Below are positions 38,494-47,996 of a DNA stretch of 64,000 bases, in pieces; the first letter of the stretch is position 1, and each line of letters starts with the position of its first letter. The notes beneath the pieces were generated by a model. That model was not told the DNA's origin, searched no databases, and saw only the letters and a program-made list of their open reading frames with translations. The DNA comes from Gammaproteobacteria bacterium RIFCSPHIGHO2_12_FULL_35_23 (lineage in GTDB: Bacteria > Pseudomonadota > Gammaproteobacteria > UBA12402). The translations under genes and the position numbers were made by a program. The stretch is from contig MGXT01000014.1 in assembly GCA_001801465.1 (NCBI GenBank), positions 73,234 through 137,233 of the forward strand, in the 5' to 3' direction.

Positions 38494-39198
38494 TTAAACC
38501 GTAATACTCATTCTGGCCAAATAAGATTTCATTCTTCTTAAATAGTATTTAATCCAATATTTAATAATATTTTTTTTGTAAGTAGGTAAATTCGAAGCAT
38601 CAAAATAATTATCTAAAAAGCGATTAAAGCCATAAATTAAAAAATACTTTTGTTCATTTTCTAAAGAGTGTCTATAGATAAAAACTAAGTTTTTAGCGAT
38701 TTTTCTTAGGCTCAATGAAAACCGTAGGTTATCAATATCGATAATGGCAAAATTATTATCTGATCTTAACAAATAATTATCTAAATGCCCCGCTCTAAAA
38801 TAAATATTTTTATGATGAAGCTTAGCAATATAATTTGCTAGAGTAGAAAGAACAGTAAAATCATTGGTTTCATCTATAATCTCTTTAACGGTTTGCCCCT
38901 GTAAGATAGGATAAATAATTACATCACAATGAGATTCCAAGCACCGATACCAAGCAGACGGGAATACTGTTAAAATATCTCTTGCCAGTAATTGCGAAGC
39001 ATTTGCAATAAACTCACCCGCAATGGTTTTGCAATAACGCCGATAAAATCCTTTATGATAAAAATAAAAACACTTAATGATTGACTGGCCATCCATGCTC
39101 AATGATACCTTGATTTTGCCTTCTTTATTGACACGCAAAGTTTTTGTATTAGAAAGCACTTTCTCTAATGCACTTGCAGTGAGTAGATGTCTTTTCAT
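38494..39198 (-). CDS. protein-kinase-like fold protein (Kdo/WaaP lipopolysaccharide-kinase-like), last gene of the mla operon
   Basis: 234 aa. KLHHKNIYFRAGHLDNYLL....FAIIDIDNL resembles the catalytic-loop/DxD region of Kdo/WaaP/RIO-type kinases. It starts 4 nt after mlaB. Weak assignment. Confidence 0.4.
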   Translation of the reverse strand: MKRHLLTASALEKVLSNTKTLRVNKEGKIKVSLSMDGQSIIKCFYFYHKGFYRRYCKTIAGEFIANASQLLARDILTVFPSAWYRCLESHCDVIIYPILQGQTVKEIIDETNDFTVLSTLANYIAKLHHKNIYFRAGHLDNYLLRSDNNFAIIDIDNLRFSLSLRKIAKNLVFIYRHSLENEQKYFLIYGFNRFLDNYFDASNLPTYKKNIIKYWIKYYLRRMKSYLARMSITV

Positions 39199-39202
39199 GC
39201 CG

Positions 39203-39499
39203 TTATTTTAAACCCAACAATTGGTCCACTTTACTGATTTGCGCTATTTGCATTAATTGCTTAGGAGTATTGATAAATACTAAATTGATTTGCTTAGCTT
39301 TAGCATAACGCTGCCACTCACAAAACAGTGCTAGTGAGGCACTATCAGCATGAGTAACGTCAGAAAAATCAATTTTTAAAGTATGGATATTCTGAAAATA
39401 CTGCTTACTTTCTTTTAATATTTTCATAACTGTTTCAAATACTAGCTCTCCTCGAACCAGTAAACAGCCATCCTTAAATTGTATTGATGGTTTCATCAT
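39203..39499 (-). CDS. mlaB: STAS-domain protein MlaB
   Basis: 98 aa with a STAS-like pattern (VD.ASLAL...W). It overlaps the mlaC stop by 4 nt. Confidence 0.7.
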   Translation of the reverse strand: MMKPSIQFKDGCLLVRGELVFETVMKILKESKQYFQNIHTLKIDFSDVTHADSASLALFCEWQRYAKAKQINLVFINTPKQLMQIAQISKVDQLLGLK

Positions 39500-40113
39500 T
39501 TCATTTTTGCATTATGTTGCTGTAAATCTGTAATGACTTGAGCAATCGTTTGTCCTTGGGCTAATTGTGAAGAGAACTGCGATCTAAAGCTTTGTAACAA
39601 GCTGATTCCCTCAACACTCAAATCATAAACCTGCCAAATTGAACCTTGTAAAACTAAACTGTAGCTTATAGGTACAGGAGGACCATCTGGTCGAATAACT
39701 TGGCTATTAACCTGTAATACTTGTTTACCTTGGTAGCCACCGCGTATTGGGAAAAATTTAATAGTTTCATTTGTGAAAGCATTTAAAGCAGAAGAATAGG
39801 TTTTTACGACCGTTGTGGTAAATGCCTTAGTAAACGCTGTGCGTTGTGCCGGCGTTGCTTGATTCCAGGCAGTACGGCCTAATACTGACATTGACATAAC
39901 CTGTACATTGACATGAGGTAATAACAACTGATTCACAATATTATAAATAAAAGTAGGATTACCTTTCAATTTTGCTTGATTCGCCTTTAAAGTGGCTAAA
40001 AGCTGATCTGTCGTTTGCTTTAACATGATCATAGGATCAGGGGTTTGCGCAAAAGCGGTACTTAAAATAAAACAGCTCATAATAACAATAATAAATCGTT
40101 TTAATTTAGTCAT
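39496..40113 (-). CDS. mlaC: phospholipid-binding periplasmic protein MlaC
   Basis: Signal peptide plus Ttg2D/MlaC pattern (LG..W......Q...F...F, W.VYD....G.SL). Position between mlaD and mlaB supports the call. Confidence 0.85.
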   Translation of the reverse strand: MTKLKRFIIVIMSCFILSTAFAQTPDPMIMLKQTTDQLLATLKANQAKLKGNPTFIYNIVNQLLLPHVNVQVMSMSVLGRTAWNQATPAQRTAFTKAFTTTVVKTYSSALNAFTNETIKFFPIRGGYQGKQVLQVNSQVIRPDGPPVPISYSLVLQGSIWQVYDLSVEGISLLQSFRSQFSSQLAQGQTIAQVITDLQQHNAKMK

Positions 40114-40622
40114 TAGTTCGCACTCCCATTAGCCGCTTGTTGTTGTGAGGTATCATTATCTGAATCACCACCTTTAAGACTATAAAGTAACTGGCCGATT
40201 ACATCTTGTAGAATCATTGCCTGATTGGTTCGCTGTAAAACATCGCCACTCTTTAAGAACTGATTTGAAAAACCTGGTGTTATGCTAACATAATTAGAAC
40301 CAATTAATCCTGCTGTATAAATATTAGCAGTAGAATCGATGGGTATTAAATCTTGACGATCAATTCGCATTGTGACAATAGCAGCATAAGTTTCTGGATC
40401 TAGTTGAATGTCTGTAATTTGTCCGACTTTTACACCCGCCATAGTTACTGGTGCTCTTACTTTTAAATCACCAATATTTTGAAAATCAGCTGTAATTTTA
40501 TAACTATTAGCATAAGAGTAAGTTGTTAATCCACTTACTTTAAACGCTAAAAATACTAAGGCTAGAATGCCTAGTATCATAAAAATACCAACACAAATTT
40601 CTATGATTCTTTGTCGCGCCAT
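40113..40622 (-). CDS. mlaD: MCE-domain protein MlaD
   Basis: Single N-terminal TM then an MCE domain (GL...A.V...GV.VG.V..I.L). Length is 169 aa. Confidence 0.85.
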   Translation of the reverse strand: MARQRIIEICVGIFMILGILALVFLAFKVSGLTTYSYANSYKITADFQNIGDLKVRAPVTMAGVKVGQITDIQLDPETYAAIVTMRIDRQDLIPIDSTANIYTAGLIGSNYVSITPGFSNQFLKSGDVLQRTNQAMILQDVIGQLLYSLKGGDSDNDTSQQQAANGSAN

Positions 40623-41402
40623 TTACCAACCCCCTAACATCATCGTTGTCAATACAAAATCTAGTCCTAAGATAGCCAAAGAAGAATATACTACTGTTTT
40701 CGTGGTTGCTCGTCCGATGCCCTCGGAAGTAGGAACGCATTCATACCCTTGAAATACTGCTATCCAAGTTATCACAAAACCAAACACTATGCTTTTGATA
40801 ATACCATTTAAAGTATCTATATCAAAGTCAACCGCTGCTTGCATATTCGACCAAAAAGAACCTGCATCAAGGCCTAACCATTGAACAGCAACAAAATAAC
40901 CACCATAAATCGCTACCATACTAAATATCATGGCTAGAATTGGCATGCTAATAAATCCACCCCATAACCTAGGCGCTATTACACGATGCAAAGGATCAAC
41001 CGCAATCATTTCCATTCCTGATAATTGCTCTGTCGCTTTCATAAGACCTATTTCAGCAGTTAAAGCTGAACCTGCTCTGCCAGCAAATAACAATGCTGTC
41101 ACCACTGGGCCTAGTTCTCGAACTACACTTAAAGCTAATAACTGCCCCAAAGCTTGATCAGCACCAAATTTATTTAGAGTATTATAACCTTGTAATCCCA
41201 CTACCATACCAATAAACATACCAGAAACTATTATAATAACTAATGACAAAAAGCCTTCAGCATAAATCTGTTCAATTAAAGCTGGAAATCCATGTTTAAA
41301 ATCAGGTTTACGAATTAGTGAGCGAAATAAAATAATGCCGGAAATTCCAATCCTTTCACAAACGAGTATTCCAAATCGACCTAATTTAGCTACTACTTCC
41401 AT
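40623..41402 (-). CDS. mlaE: ABC transporter permease MlaE
   Basis: 259 aa. RELGPV.TAL..AGR.GSA..AEIG.M, typical of MlaE, is present. Confidence 0.9.
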   Translation of the reverse strand: MEVVAKLGRFGILVCERIGISGIILFRSLIRKPDFKHGFPALIEQIYAEGFLSLVIIIVSGMFIGMVVGLQGYNTLNKFGADQALGQLLALSVVRELGPVVTALLFAGRAGSALTAEIGLMKATEQLSGMEMIAVDPLHRVIAPRLWGGFISMPILAMIFSMVAIYGGYFVAVQWLGLDAGSFWSNMQAAVDFDIDTLNGIIKSIVFGFVITWIAVFQGYECVPTSEGIGRATTKTVVYSSLAILGLDFVLTTMMLGGW

Positions 41403-41404
41403 TG

Positions 41405-42205
41405 TTATGACACAGCTCCGAGTAATTCTGTTTTAAAATCTTTACTAGGATAATGAAAAGGCACTGGCCCATCGGGTAATCCTAACATAAATTGCTTAAC
41501 TTCAGGTTGATCACTCACAAATAAATCTTTAGGAGTGCCTTCTCCGATTACTTTTCCACCCGACAATAAATAAATATAATCCGAGATACTTGCAGCCTCT
41601 TGCACATCATGGGAAACCAAAACACTAGTAATAGATAAAGAGTCATTAAGCATTTTAATTAATTTAATTAAAACCCCCATAGTAATGGGATCTTGGCCCG
41701 TAAAAGGTTCGTCATACATAATTATTTTGGGGTCTAAAGCTATTGCTCGCGCTAAGGCTACTCTTCTCGCCATCCCACCTGATAACTCATTAGGCATTAA
41801 ACTTTCTGCACCACGCAGCCCTACTGCCTCAAGTTTCATTAGCACTAAATCTCGCACCATTCGCTTGGAAAGATTGGTATGTTCAAGTAAAGGGAAAGCT
41901 ATATTGTCAAAAACTGAAAGATTAGTAAATAAAGCACCACTTTGAAATAACATTCCCATTTTACGGCGTGCTCGATAAAGCGCATTTCTTGATAATTGAT
42001 GCACATCCTCTCCATCAAAAATTACGCTGCCTTGATTTGGTCTTAATTGGGCCCCTATTAATTTTAATAAGGTGGTTTTGCCTGTACCACTAGGACCCAT
42101 AATAGTAGTAATTTTACCTTGCGGAATAACAATATTAACGTTGTCAAAAATTGATCGCTCTCCACGTTTAAAAGAAAGATTGCTAATTGTTACAATATTA
42201 CTCAT
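41405..42205 (-). CDS. mlaF: ABC transporter ATP-binding protein MlaF
   Basis: Walker A GPSGTGKTT, signature LSGGMARRVALARA, Walker B IMYDEPF.GQDP. Confidence 0.9.
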   Translation of the reverse strand: MSNIVTISNLSFKRGERSIFDNVNIVIPQGKITTIMGPSGTGKTTLLKLIGAQLRPNQGSVIFDGEDVHQLSRNALYRARRKMGMLFQSGALFTNLSVFDNIAFPLLEHTNLSKRMVRDLVLMKLEAVGLRGAESLMPNELSGGMARRVALARAIALDPKIIMYDEPFTGQDPITMGVLIKLIKMLNDSLSITSVLVSHDVQEAASISDYIYLLSGGKVIGEGTPKDLFVSDQPEVKQFMLGLPDGPVPFHYPSKDFKTELLGAVS

Positions 42206-42412
42206 AATTTCAAAGACTTATAGAAAACGCTGATTCTACCTGAGCCAAGCCTGTGCAAGCAAGATATAAATAGATAAATACGAATGAAAGATGTAATTAA
42301 TAACTCGCTAGCTTTAAGAGTTATAGGCAAAAAATTTTCAAAAGCAACTTTTCTTTCTAGTTTGTTGATAATATTGTATTATACGATATTTTATAGAAAT
42401 GAATTTAATACT

Positions 42413-43405
42413 ATGCCAGTTGATGTGTTATTAAAAAATACTAACCGTTTTAAAGAGCTAGCTTTAGCTGTCATTGACACCGAACTTAACGCGGTTTCTA
42501 GATTAAAAAATGAAATTAATCAAGAATTTATAAAAGCATGTGAATGTTTGTTAGAATGTCAAGGGCGAGTAGTAGTAATTGGCATGGGAAAATCCGGTCA
42601 TATTGCTAATAAAATTGCTGCCACCTTGGCTAGCACTGGCACCCCAGCTTTTTTTGTACACCCTGGTGAAGCTAGTCATGGTGACTTAGGTATGATTACT
42701 AAAAAGGATGTCACCTTGGCAATTTCTTACTCTGGTGAAACTGAAGAAATTATTACCATATTACCTTTTTTAAAACGTTTTAATATTCCTATGATTGCTA
42801 TTACTGGCCATCCAACCTCAACCATTGCTAAAGCTTCTACCATTAATCTCAATGCTATGGTTGATAAAGAAGCTTGTCCTTTAAATTTAGCCCCCACAGC
42901 AAGTACTACTGCTGCACTAGTATTAGGCGATGCCCTCGCTATTGCTTTATTAGAAGCTCGAGGTTTTACTCAGGAAGACTTCGCACTTTCGCACCCTAAA
43001 GGTAGTTTAGGAAGAAGATTATTATTACATGTAGAAGATGTGATGCATCAAGGTAGTGCTATTCCTATGGTTGATAAAGAAGCCACTATTTCTGAAGCAT
43101 TAGTAGAAATGACTTCTAAACGATTAGGAATGACTGCGATAATAGATAAACAACGGCGCTTAATAGGTATCTTTACTGATGGCGACTTAAGACGAACTAT
43201 TGACAAAGATCTTGATATTAAACAGGCCAAAATTACAGCTGTTATGACTAGCAAACCCGTTTTTATTCATACAGGTTTACTCGCAGCTGAAGTATTACAA
43301 TTAATGGAGGCAAAAAAAATTAATGGGGTTTTTGTAGTAAATAACACTCAAAAAGTTATTGGTGCATTAAACATGCATGATTTATTACGCTCAGGAGTTT
43401 TATAA
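42413..43405 (+). CDS. kdsD: arabinose-5-phosphate isomerase KdsD
   Basis: SIS domain (GRVVV.GMGKSGHI..KIAATLASTGTP.FF.HP.EA.HGDLG) plus tandem CBS domains. The ATG at 42413 gives about 330 aa as in E. coli. The track extension to 42284 was rejected. Confidence 0.9.
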   Translation: MPVDVLLKNTNRFKELALAVIDTELNAVSRLKNEINQEFIKACECLLECQGRVVVIGMGKSGHIANKIAATLASTGTPAFFVHPGEASHGDLGMITKKDVTLAISYSGETEEIITILPFLKRFNIPMIAITGHPTSTIAKASTINLNAMVDKEACPLNLAPTASTTAALVLGDALAIALLEARGFTQEDFALSHPKGSLGRRLLLHVEDVMHQGSAIPMVDKEATISEALVEMTSKRLGMTAIIDKQRRLIGIFTDGDLRRTIDKDLDIKQAKITAVMTSKPVFIHTGLLAAEVLQLMEAKKINGVFVVNNTQKVIGALNMHDLLRSGVL

Positions 43406-43408
43406 CGA

Positions 43409-43930
43409 ATGAGTGATATTGCTTCTCTTGCTAAAGACATTAAATTATTAATTTTAGATGTTGATGGAGTCTGCACCGATGGTGGACTTTATTATGCTGA
43501 ACAAGGAGAAATAATTAAACGTTTTAATGTTCAAGATGGCCTTGGTATTAAACTGCTTATTAGCGCAGGTGTCGAGGTAGCATTAATTACGGCTAAAGCC
43601 TCTAAAGCAGTAGAAAAACGTATGCGCCCTTTAGGCGTTAAATATCTTTATCAAGGTTATGAAAATAAACTAACTGCTTATCATGATTTACTACAAACCA
43701 CACATTTAACTGACGAAGAAGTTGCTTATGTAGGAGATGATTTACCGGATTTATGCTTAATTCGTCGTGTTAGGTTAGGAATCACGGTTCCTAATGGTCA
43801 CGAACTTGTTAAATCTCATGCAAAATTAATCACTCAGAGAACAGGGGGAAATGGGGCTGTTCGTGAAGTCTGTGAGTTAATTTTAAAAGCTCAAAATAAG
43901 TTTAATGATATTTTGCAAACTTATAGTTAG
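43409..43930 (+). CDS. kdsC: KDO-8-phosphate phosphatase KdsC
   Basis: HAD motifs: LLILDVDGV.TDG, F.V.DG.G, YVGDDL.D. Length is 173 aa. Confidence 0.9.
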   Translation: MSDIASLAKDIKLLILDVDGVCTDGGLYYAEQGEIIKRFNVQDGLGIKLLISAGVEVALITAKASKAVEKRMRPLGVKYLYQGYENKLTAYHDLLQTTHLTDEEVAYVGDDLPDLCLIRRVRLGITVPNGHELVKSHAKLITQRTGGNGAVREVCELILKAQNKFNDILQTYS

Positions 43931-43945
43931 TAACTAGTAGAAAAA

Positions 43946-44524
43946 ATGATTAATAATAAATTCACAAAAAAATCAATTTCTGGGCTATTATTATTAATCG
44001 TTATTGGCATCGTTGTTTTTATTTGCTTACCCAAAAACATCAACATTAAGCTGTCAAATAAAAAAAATAATACCCCAGACTGGTATATGACAGAGGTAAC
44101 TTCTACCACCTATAATAGCCAAGGGTTAGTAAAAGGCATATTATTAAGCCCTAAAGTTACTCATCATCCTCTCACGAATACCATAGAACTTACTAGACCT
44201 AACCTAACCTTATACGATAGTGATCGAGTACCTTGGCATATTACTTCACTCAACGGCAGAATTTATCAAAGTCAAGCAAACAAAGTTCACCTTTGGAACA
44301 ATGTAATTATTCAGCAAATGCCTGGTCCACATAGTGATAGCACCACTATTTCCACTAATAAACTTACTTATTATCCAAAAACTTCCTTTGCTCATACTAA
44401 CCAACCCGTCACAATCACCCAATCCAACTCAGAAATGCAATCGGTTGGTATTGATGCTGATTTAAAAAAAGGCTTAATTCATTTTTTATCACAATCACAT
44501 ATTGAATATGATGATAGTGATTAA
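43946..44524 (+). CDS. lptC: LPS export system protein LptC
   Basis: 192 aa with a single N-terminal TM anchor then a beta-jellyroll-like region (PDWYM.....Y...G, L..P....Y, final G..A.L....I.F). Position after kdsC supports the call. Confidence 0.7.
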   Translation: MINNKFTKKSISGLLLLIVIGIVVFICLPKNINIKLSNKKNNTPDWYMTEVTSTTYNSQGLVKGILLSPKVTHHPLTNTIELTRPNLTLYDSDRVPWHITSLNGRIYQSQANKVHLWNNVIIQQMPGPHSDSTTISTNKLTYYPKTSFAHTNQPVTITQSNSEMQSVGIDADLKKGLIHFLSQSHIEYDDSD

Positions 44525-44608
44525 TTATTATAAGTTGATTCAAGGTTGCATATTTTCGTTATTAAAATACAATATACTTTCTTAGAATTAAATGGTTGGA
44601 ATACGTGA

Positions 44609-45337
44609 ATGCCCCATATACTTTCAGCGCAAAATCTTGAAAAAAGCTTTCATTTAAAAACCGTTGTCAAAAACATCAGTTTTGAAGTTAAAAGTGGTCA
44701 AATAGTTGGCTTATTAGGTCCTAATGGTGCTGGTAAAACAACCGCTTTTTACATGGCGCTTGGCCTGATTTCTGCTGATAAAGGCAAAATTTTTCTTGAT
44801 GATAAAGATATTACTCATCTTCCAATCCATACTCGAGCTAAATTAGGTATTAGCTATTTACCACAAGAAGCTTCTATTTTTAGAAAATTAAATGTTGCAG
44901 ACAACATCATGGCCATTCTTGAATTAAGAAATGATTTATCTCAAAAACAACGTCATGAAAAATTAGAAACCCTCTTAGAAGAATTTCATATTTCACATCT
45001 AAGGCGTAACCTTGGTATATCCCTATCAGGCGGTGAAAGACGAAGAACAGAAATTGCCAGAACCTTAGCAACCGACCCCAAATTTATTTTATTAGATGAA
45101 CCGTTTGCTGGTATTGACCCAATTTCTGTTATTGATATTAAACATATTATTAAACATTTATGCCAACGTGGCATTGGTATACTTATTACTGATCATAACG
45201 TACGTGAAACATTAGATACTTGTGAGTTCGCTTATATTGCTAATGAAGGTAATATCATTTGTTCAGGTGGGCCTGATGAAATCTTAGCCAACAAACAAGT
45301 CCGAGATGTTTATTTAGGTGATGATTTTTCTTTATGA
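44609..45337 (+). CDS. lptB: LPS export ABC transporter ATP-binding protein LptB
   Basis: Walker [24 protein letters not shown], signature [26 protein letters not shown], and the C-terminal VR.VYLG. Confidence 0.9.
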   Translation: MPHILSAQNLEKSFHLKTVVKNISFEVKSGQIVGLLGPNGAGKTTAFYMALGLISADKGKIFLDDKDITHLPIHTRAKLGISYLPQEASIFRKLNVADNIMAILELRNDLSQKQRHEKLETLLEEFHISHLRRNLGISLSGGERRRTEIARTLATDPKFILLDEPFAGIDPISVIDIKHIIKHLCQRGIGILITDHNVRETLDTCEFAYIANEGNIICSGGPDEILANKQVRDVYLGDDFSL

Positions 45338-45418
45338 TAAAGACTGCTATAATTCTAATATAGACAGTCAGTCTACGAGGAAAAATCAAGTAGTTAACAG
45401 ATATTTAAGGAAACGATA

Positions 45419-45712
45419 ATGAAAATCAATTTCACTGGCCACGGGCTTGAAATCACATCTGCTTTACGTCAATTAGTTGAAAATAAATTTGAAAAAATAC
45501 AGCGCCATTTTGATCATATCACTAGTGCGCATGTAACCTTTAGCGTACAAAAATTAGAAAATATAGCTGAAATGAAAATTCATGTACCTGGTCATCAATT
45601 ACATGCCACTGGTAAATCGGATGATATGTATAAAGCAATTGATGAAATGGTTAATAGTTTAGACCGACAAATTGTTAAGCATAAAGAAAAACAAAAAGAA
45701 CATCATAAATAA
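45419..45712 (+). CDS. hpf: ribosome hibernation promoting factor (short HPF/YhbH type)
   Basis: 97 aa. Shows MKINFTGH..EIT.ALR..V..KF.K...HFD.I....V and a basic tail. Confidence 0.85.
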   Translation: MKINFTGHGLEITSALRQLVENKFEKIQRHFDHITSAHVTFSVQKLENIAEMKIHVPGHQLHATGKSDDMYKAIDEMVNSLDRQIVKHKEKQKEHHK

Positions 45713-45802
45713 TTTAAATTAATCGTTTTAACTGGAGAATTTTCAATAGCTTCGTTAAGAAGTTATAATAAAAATGTTTTTTATTAAATTTAATGAGTTG
45801 TT

Positions 45803-46330
45803 GTGAATAAGGATTATATTATATTACCAGCGGCCTTACTTTGCATTAGTAAACTAGGCATATTATTGCAAGGGCCTGCTGGATGTGGCAAAACTGATAC
45901 TGTCATAAACTTATTAGCACGAGGACATAAACTTGTTGCGGATGACAATATAATGATTAAACCCATTAATAATAAACTTTGGGGGTTTTGTTCAGGAATT
46001 GACAACTCTTATTTGCATATCAGAGGGGTTGGAATAGTCAATGTCAAGGCTATTTATGGTAAAGAAACATTGCTTAATCAACATACTATAGATTTTATTA
46101 TCAACTTATCGCCAACTGAAATAATTGAAAATCAATTAGATAGTTTCAGCTCTGAAAAAATTTTAGGCATTTCTATTCCTACCATTATCATCCCTTTCTG
46201 TCGTTATAGGCAATTGTCAAATCTTATTGAACTTACTGTGAAATATTTCTTATTAAAAAAAAAGGGGTATAATGTACTTAATGAATTTAAAGAACAGCAA
46301 CGCAGATTAATGGACAAACAACCAAAATGA
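45803..46330 (+). CDS. hprK: HPr kinase/phosphorylase, short form with C-terminal catalytic domain only
   Basis: G.LLQG..G.GKT......L..RGH.LVADDN and H.RG.GI.NV match the HprK P-loop domain. It is 175 aa versus about 310 aa for full-length enzymes. GTG start. Confidence 0.75.
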   Translation: MNKDYIILPAALLCISKLGILLQGPAGCGKTDTVINLLARGHKLVADDNIMIKPINNKLWGFCSGIDNSYLHIRGVGIVNVKAIYGKETLLNQHTIDFIINLSPTEIIENQLDSFSSEKILGISIPTIIIPFCRYRQLSNLIELTVKYFLLKKKGYNVLNEFKEQQRRLMDKQPK

Positions 46331-47169
46331 AACTGTTAATCATTAGCGGGCGATCCGGTTCGGGTAAAAGTGTTATTCTGCAAACACTAGAAGATTTACA
46401 ATATTATTGCGTCGATAACCTGCCTCCCTCTTTACTCCCTACGTTATTACAACAACTTAAAGAAAGAAATGTTAACATTGCCGTCAGTATTGATGCTCGC
46501 AATATTAGTCACGATGAAAATAAATTAGCAGAAATAATCAGTCAAATTAAAAGCCATCATCCCTGTCATATTATTTATTTAGATGCAACTGATGATACAT
46601 TAATTAGACGCTTTAAGGAAACAAGGCGTAGACACCCTTTAACTTCTTCGCAATTAAGTTTACAAGAGGCGCTAAAAAAAGAACATTTGCTGTTAGCCCC
46701 TTTAGTTGAAACGGTAGACTTTAAAATTGATACGAGTATGCTAACACCTCAACAATTGCGTAAATTAATTCTTGATTATGTTGAACAGCAAAACGGTTCA
46801 ACTTTATCCATTTTATTAGAATCATTTGGCTACAAATATGGTATACCTCATGAAGCAGATTTTATTTTTGATGTACGCTGCTTACCCAATCCTTATTGGG
46901 ATACTAAATTACGCTATAAAACAGGTCTTGACTCAGAAGTTACAGAATATCTTGAAACGCAACCACTTTGTCAGGAAATGTTTGAAGATATCAAACAATT
47001 TCTTTTAAAATGGATTCCAGCTTATTTAGCTGAACATCGTAAGTATTTAACAATTGCCATAGGCTGTACTGGAGGATTACATCGTTCTGTTTATCTTGTT
47101 AATAAACTTGGTGAAGCACTTAAACTAACCTTAGAAAATATCAGCATAAGGCATCGTGAATTAACATGA
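46327..47169 (+). CDS. rapZ: RNase adapter protein RapZ
   Basis: SGRSGSGKS, LEDLGYYCVDNLP-like (LEDLQYYCVDNLP), D.R, FD.R.LPNP.W and IGCTGG.HRSV are present. Confidence 0.9.
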   Translation: MKLLIISGRSGSGKSVILQTLEDLQYYCVDNLPPSLLPTLLQQLKERNVNIAVSIDARNISHDENKLAEIISQIKSHHPCHIIYLDATDDTLIRRFKETRRRHPLTSSQLSLQEALKKEHLLLAPLVETVDFKIDTSMLTPQQLRKLILDYVEQQNGSTLSILLESFGYKYGIPHEADFIFDVRCLPNPYWDTKLRYKTGLDSEVTEYLETQPLCQEMFEDIKQFLLKWIPAYLAEHRKYLTIAIGCTGGLHRSVYLVNKLGEALKLTLENISIRHRELT

Positions 47170-47582
47170 ATACAGAAGTTGTTATTATCACACAAAAACA
47201 CGTAGGAACAGCTTTAGTTAAAGCTGCAAAAAATATTTTTGGAAAACTTCCTATGAGTATTACTGCTGTTTCTGTAAATTATCGAGTTAATCCTGAGATC
47301 TTATTAAGTAAATTACAAAGAACCATTGATAAATTAAACTGTGACCATGAAGTTTTAATCTTAACAGATCTTTATGGTTCAACACCCAGTAATATTGCTA
47401 ACAGGCTTGCAGAATTATGTAAGCGCCATGTAAAAATCATTGCAGGACTTAATCTTCCTATGTTAATTAAAGTATTAGACAATGCAGACCTACCCTTAAA
47501 ATATCTAGCTGAATGTGCTATTCAAGGAGGACAACGAGGGGTGTTTGATTGTCAAGCTATAAAGGATACCTCCAATGCTTGA
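47166..47582 (+). CDS. PTS EIIA component, mannose/fructose family
   Basis: 138 aa. A His lies near the N-terminus (IITQKHVG). LTDL.GSTP and GLNLPMLI motifs are present. Confidence 0.8.
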   Translation: MNTEVVIITQKHVGTALVKAAKNIFGKLPMSITAVSVNYRVNPEILLSKLQRTIDKLNCDHEVLILTDLYGSTPSNIANRLAELCKRHVKIIAGLNLPMLIKVLDNADLPLKYLAECAIQGGQRGVFDCQAIKDTSNA

Positions 47583-47844
47583 AAAAAATATCGTTATTAA
47601 AAATAAATTAGGGCTTCACGCCAGGGCCTCTGCAAAGTTGGTTAAAGAAGCAAAACGCTTTCAAAGCGAAATTAAATTAATAAAAAATAATCATATTACG
47701 AATGCTAAAAGTATTATGAGCGTTATGATGCTAGCGGCTAGCAAAGGTTCTGAATTAATTTTACAAGCTGAGGGTAATGATGCCAAAGAAGCTTTGGAAG
47801 CTGTTGCCGAACTAATTGACAATCGTTTTGGTGAAGCTGAATAA
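47575..47844 (+). CDS. ptsH: HPr family phosphocarrier protein
   Basis: GLHARAS (His-15 site) and NAKSIMSVM (Ser-46 site for HprK). Length is 89 aa. Confidence 0.85.
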   Translation: MLEKNIVIKNKLGLHARASAKLVKEAKRFQSEIKLIKNNHITNAKSIMSVMMLAASKGSELILQAEGNDAKEALEAVAELIDNRFGEAE

Positions 47845-47996
47845 ACACTAGTATAATGTAGCCAGTGATTGTTTAAAATTTTCTCATTTTAGCCTTTTCT
47901 TACTCATGAAAATAAGCTCTAAGCTGTTACTTGACTTATTTGTAATTCATTACTTACAATGGCTATAACATTAATAATAAACAAAAGTAATAAATT

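Noticed and set aside
3308-42412. N-terminal extensions of track ORFs. These are 3308 for murG-like, 5950 for POT, 8463 GTG for the 487-aa ORF, 12630 for the small secreted ORF, 25399 for SDR, 27291 TTG for RRM, 32335 for bamD, 32336 TTG for rluD, 42284 for kdsD and 55207 for the small secreted ORF.
   Set aside because: Internal ATGs give proteins that begin where homologues, signal peptides or Rossmann motifs begin. Several have a visible Shine-Dalgarno sequence (AAAGGA, AGGAAA, AAGGAG). The extensions overlap upstream genes or add non-conserved sequence.
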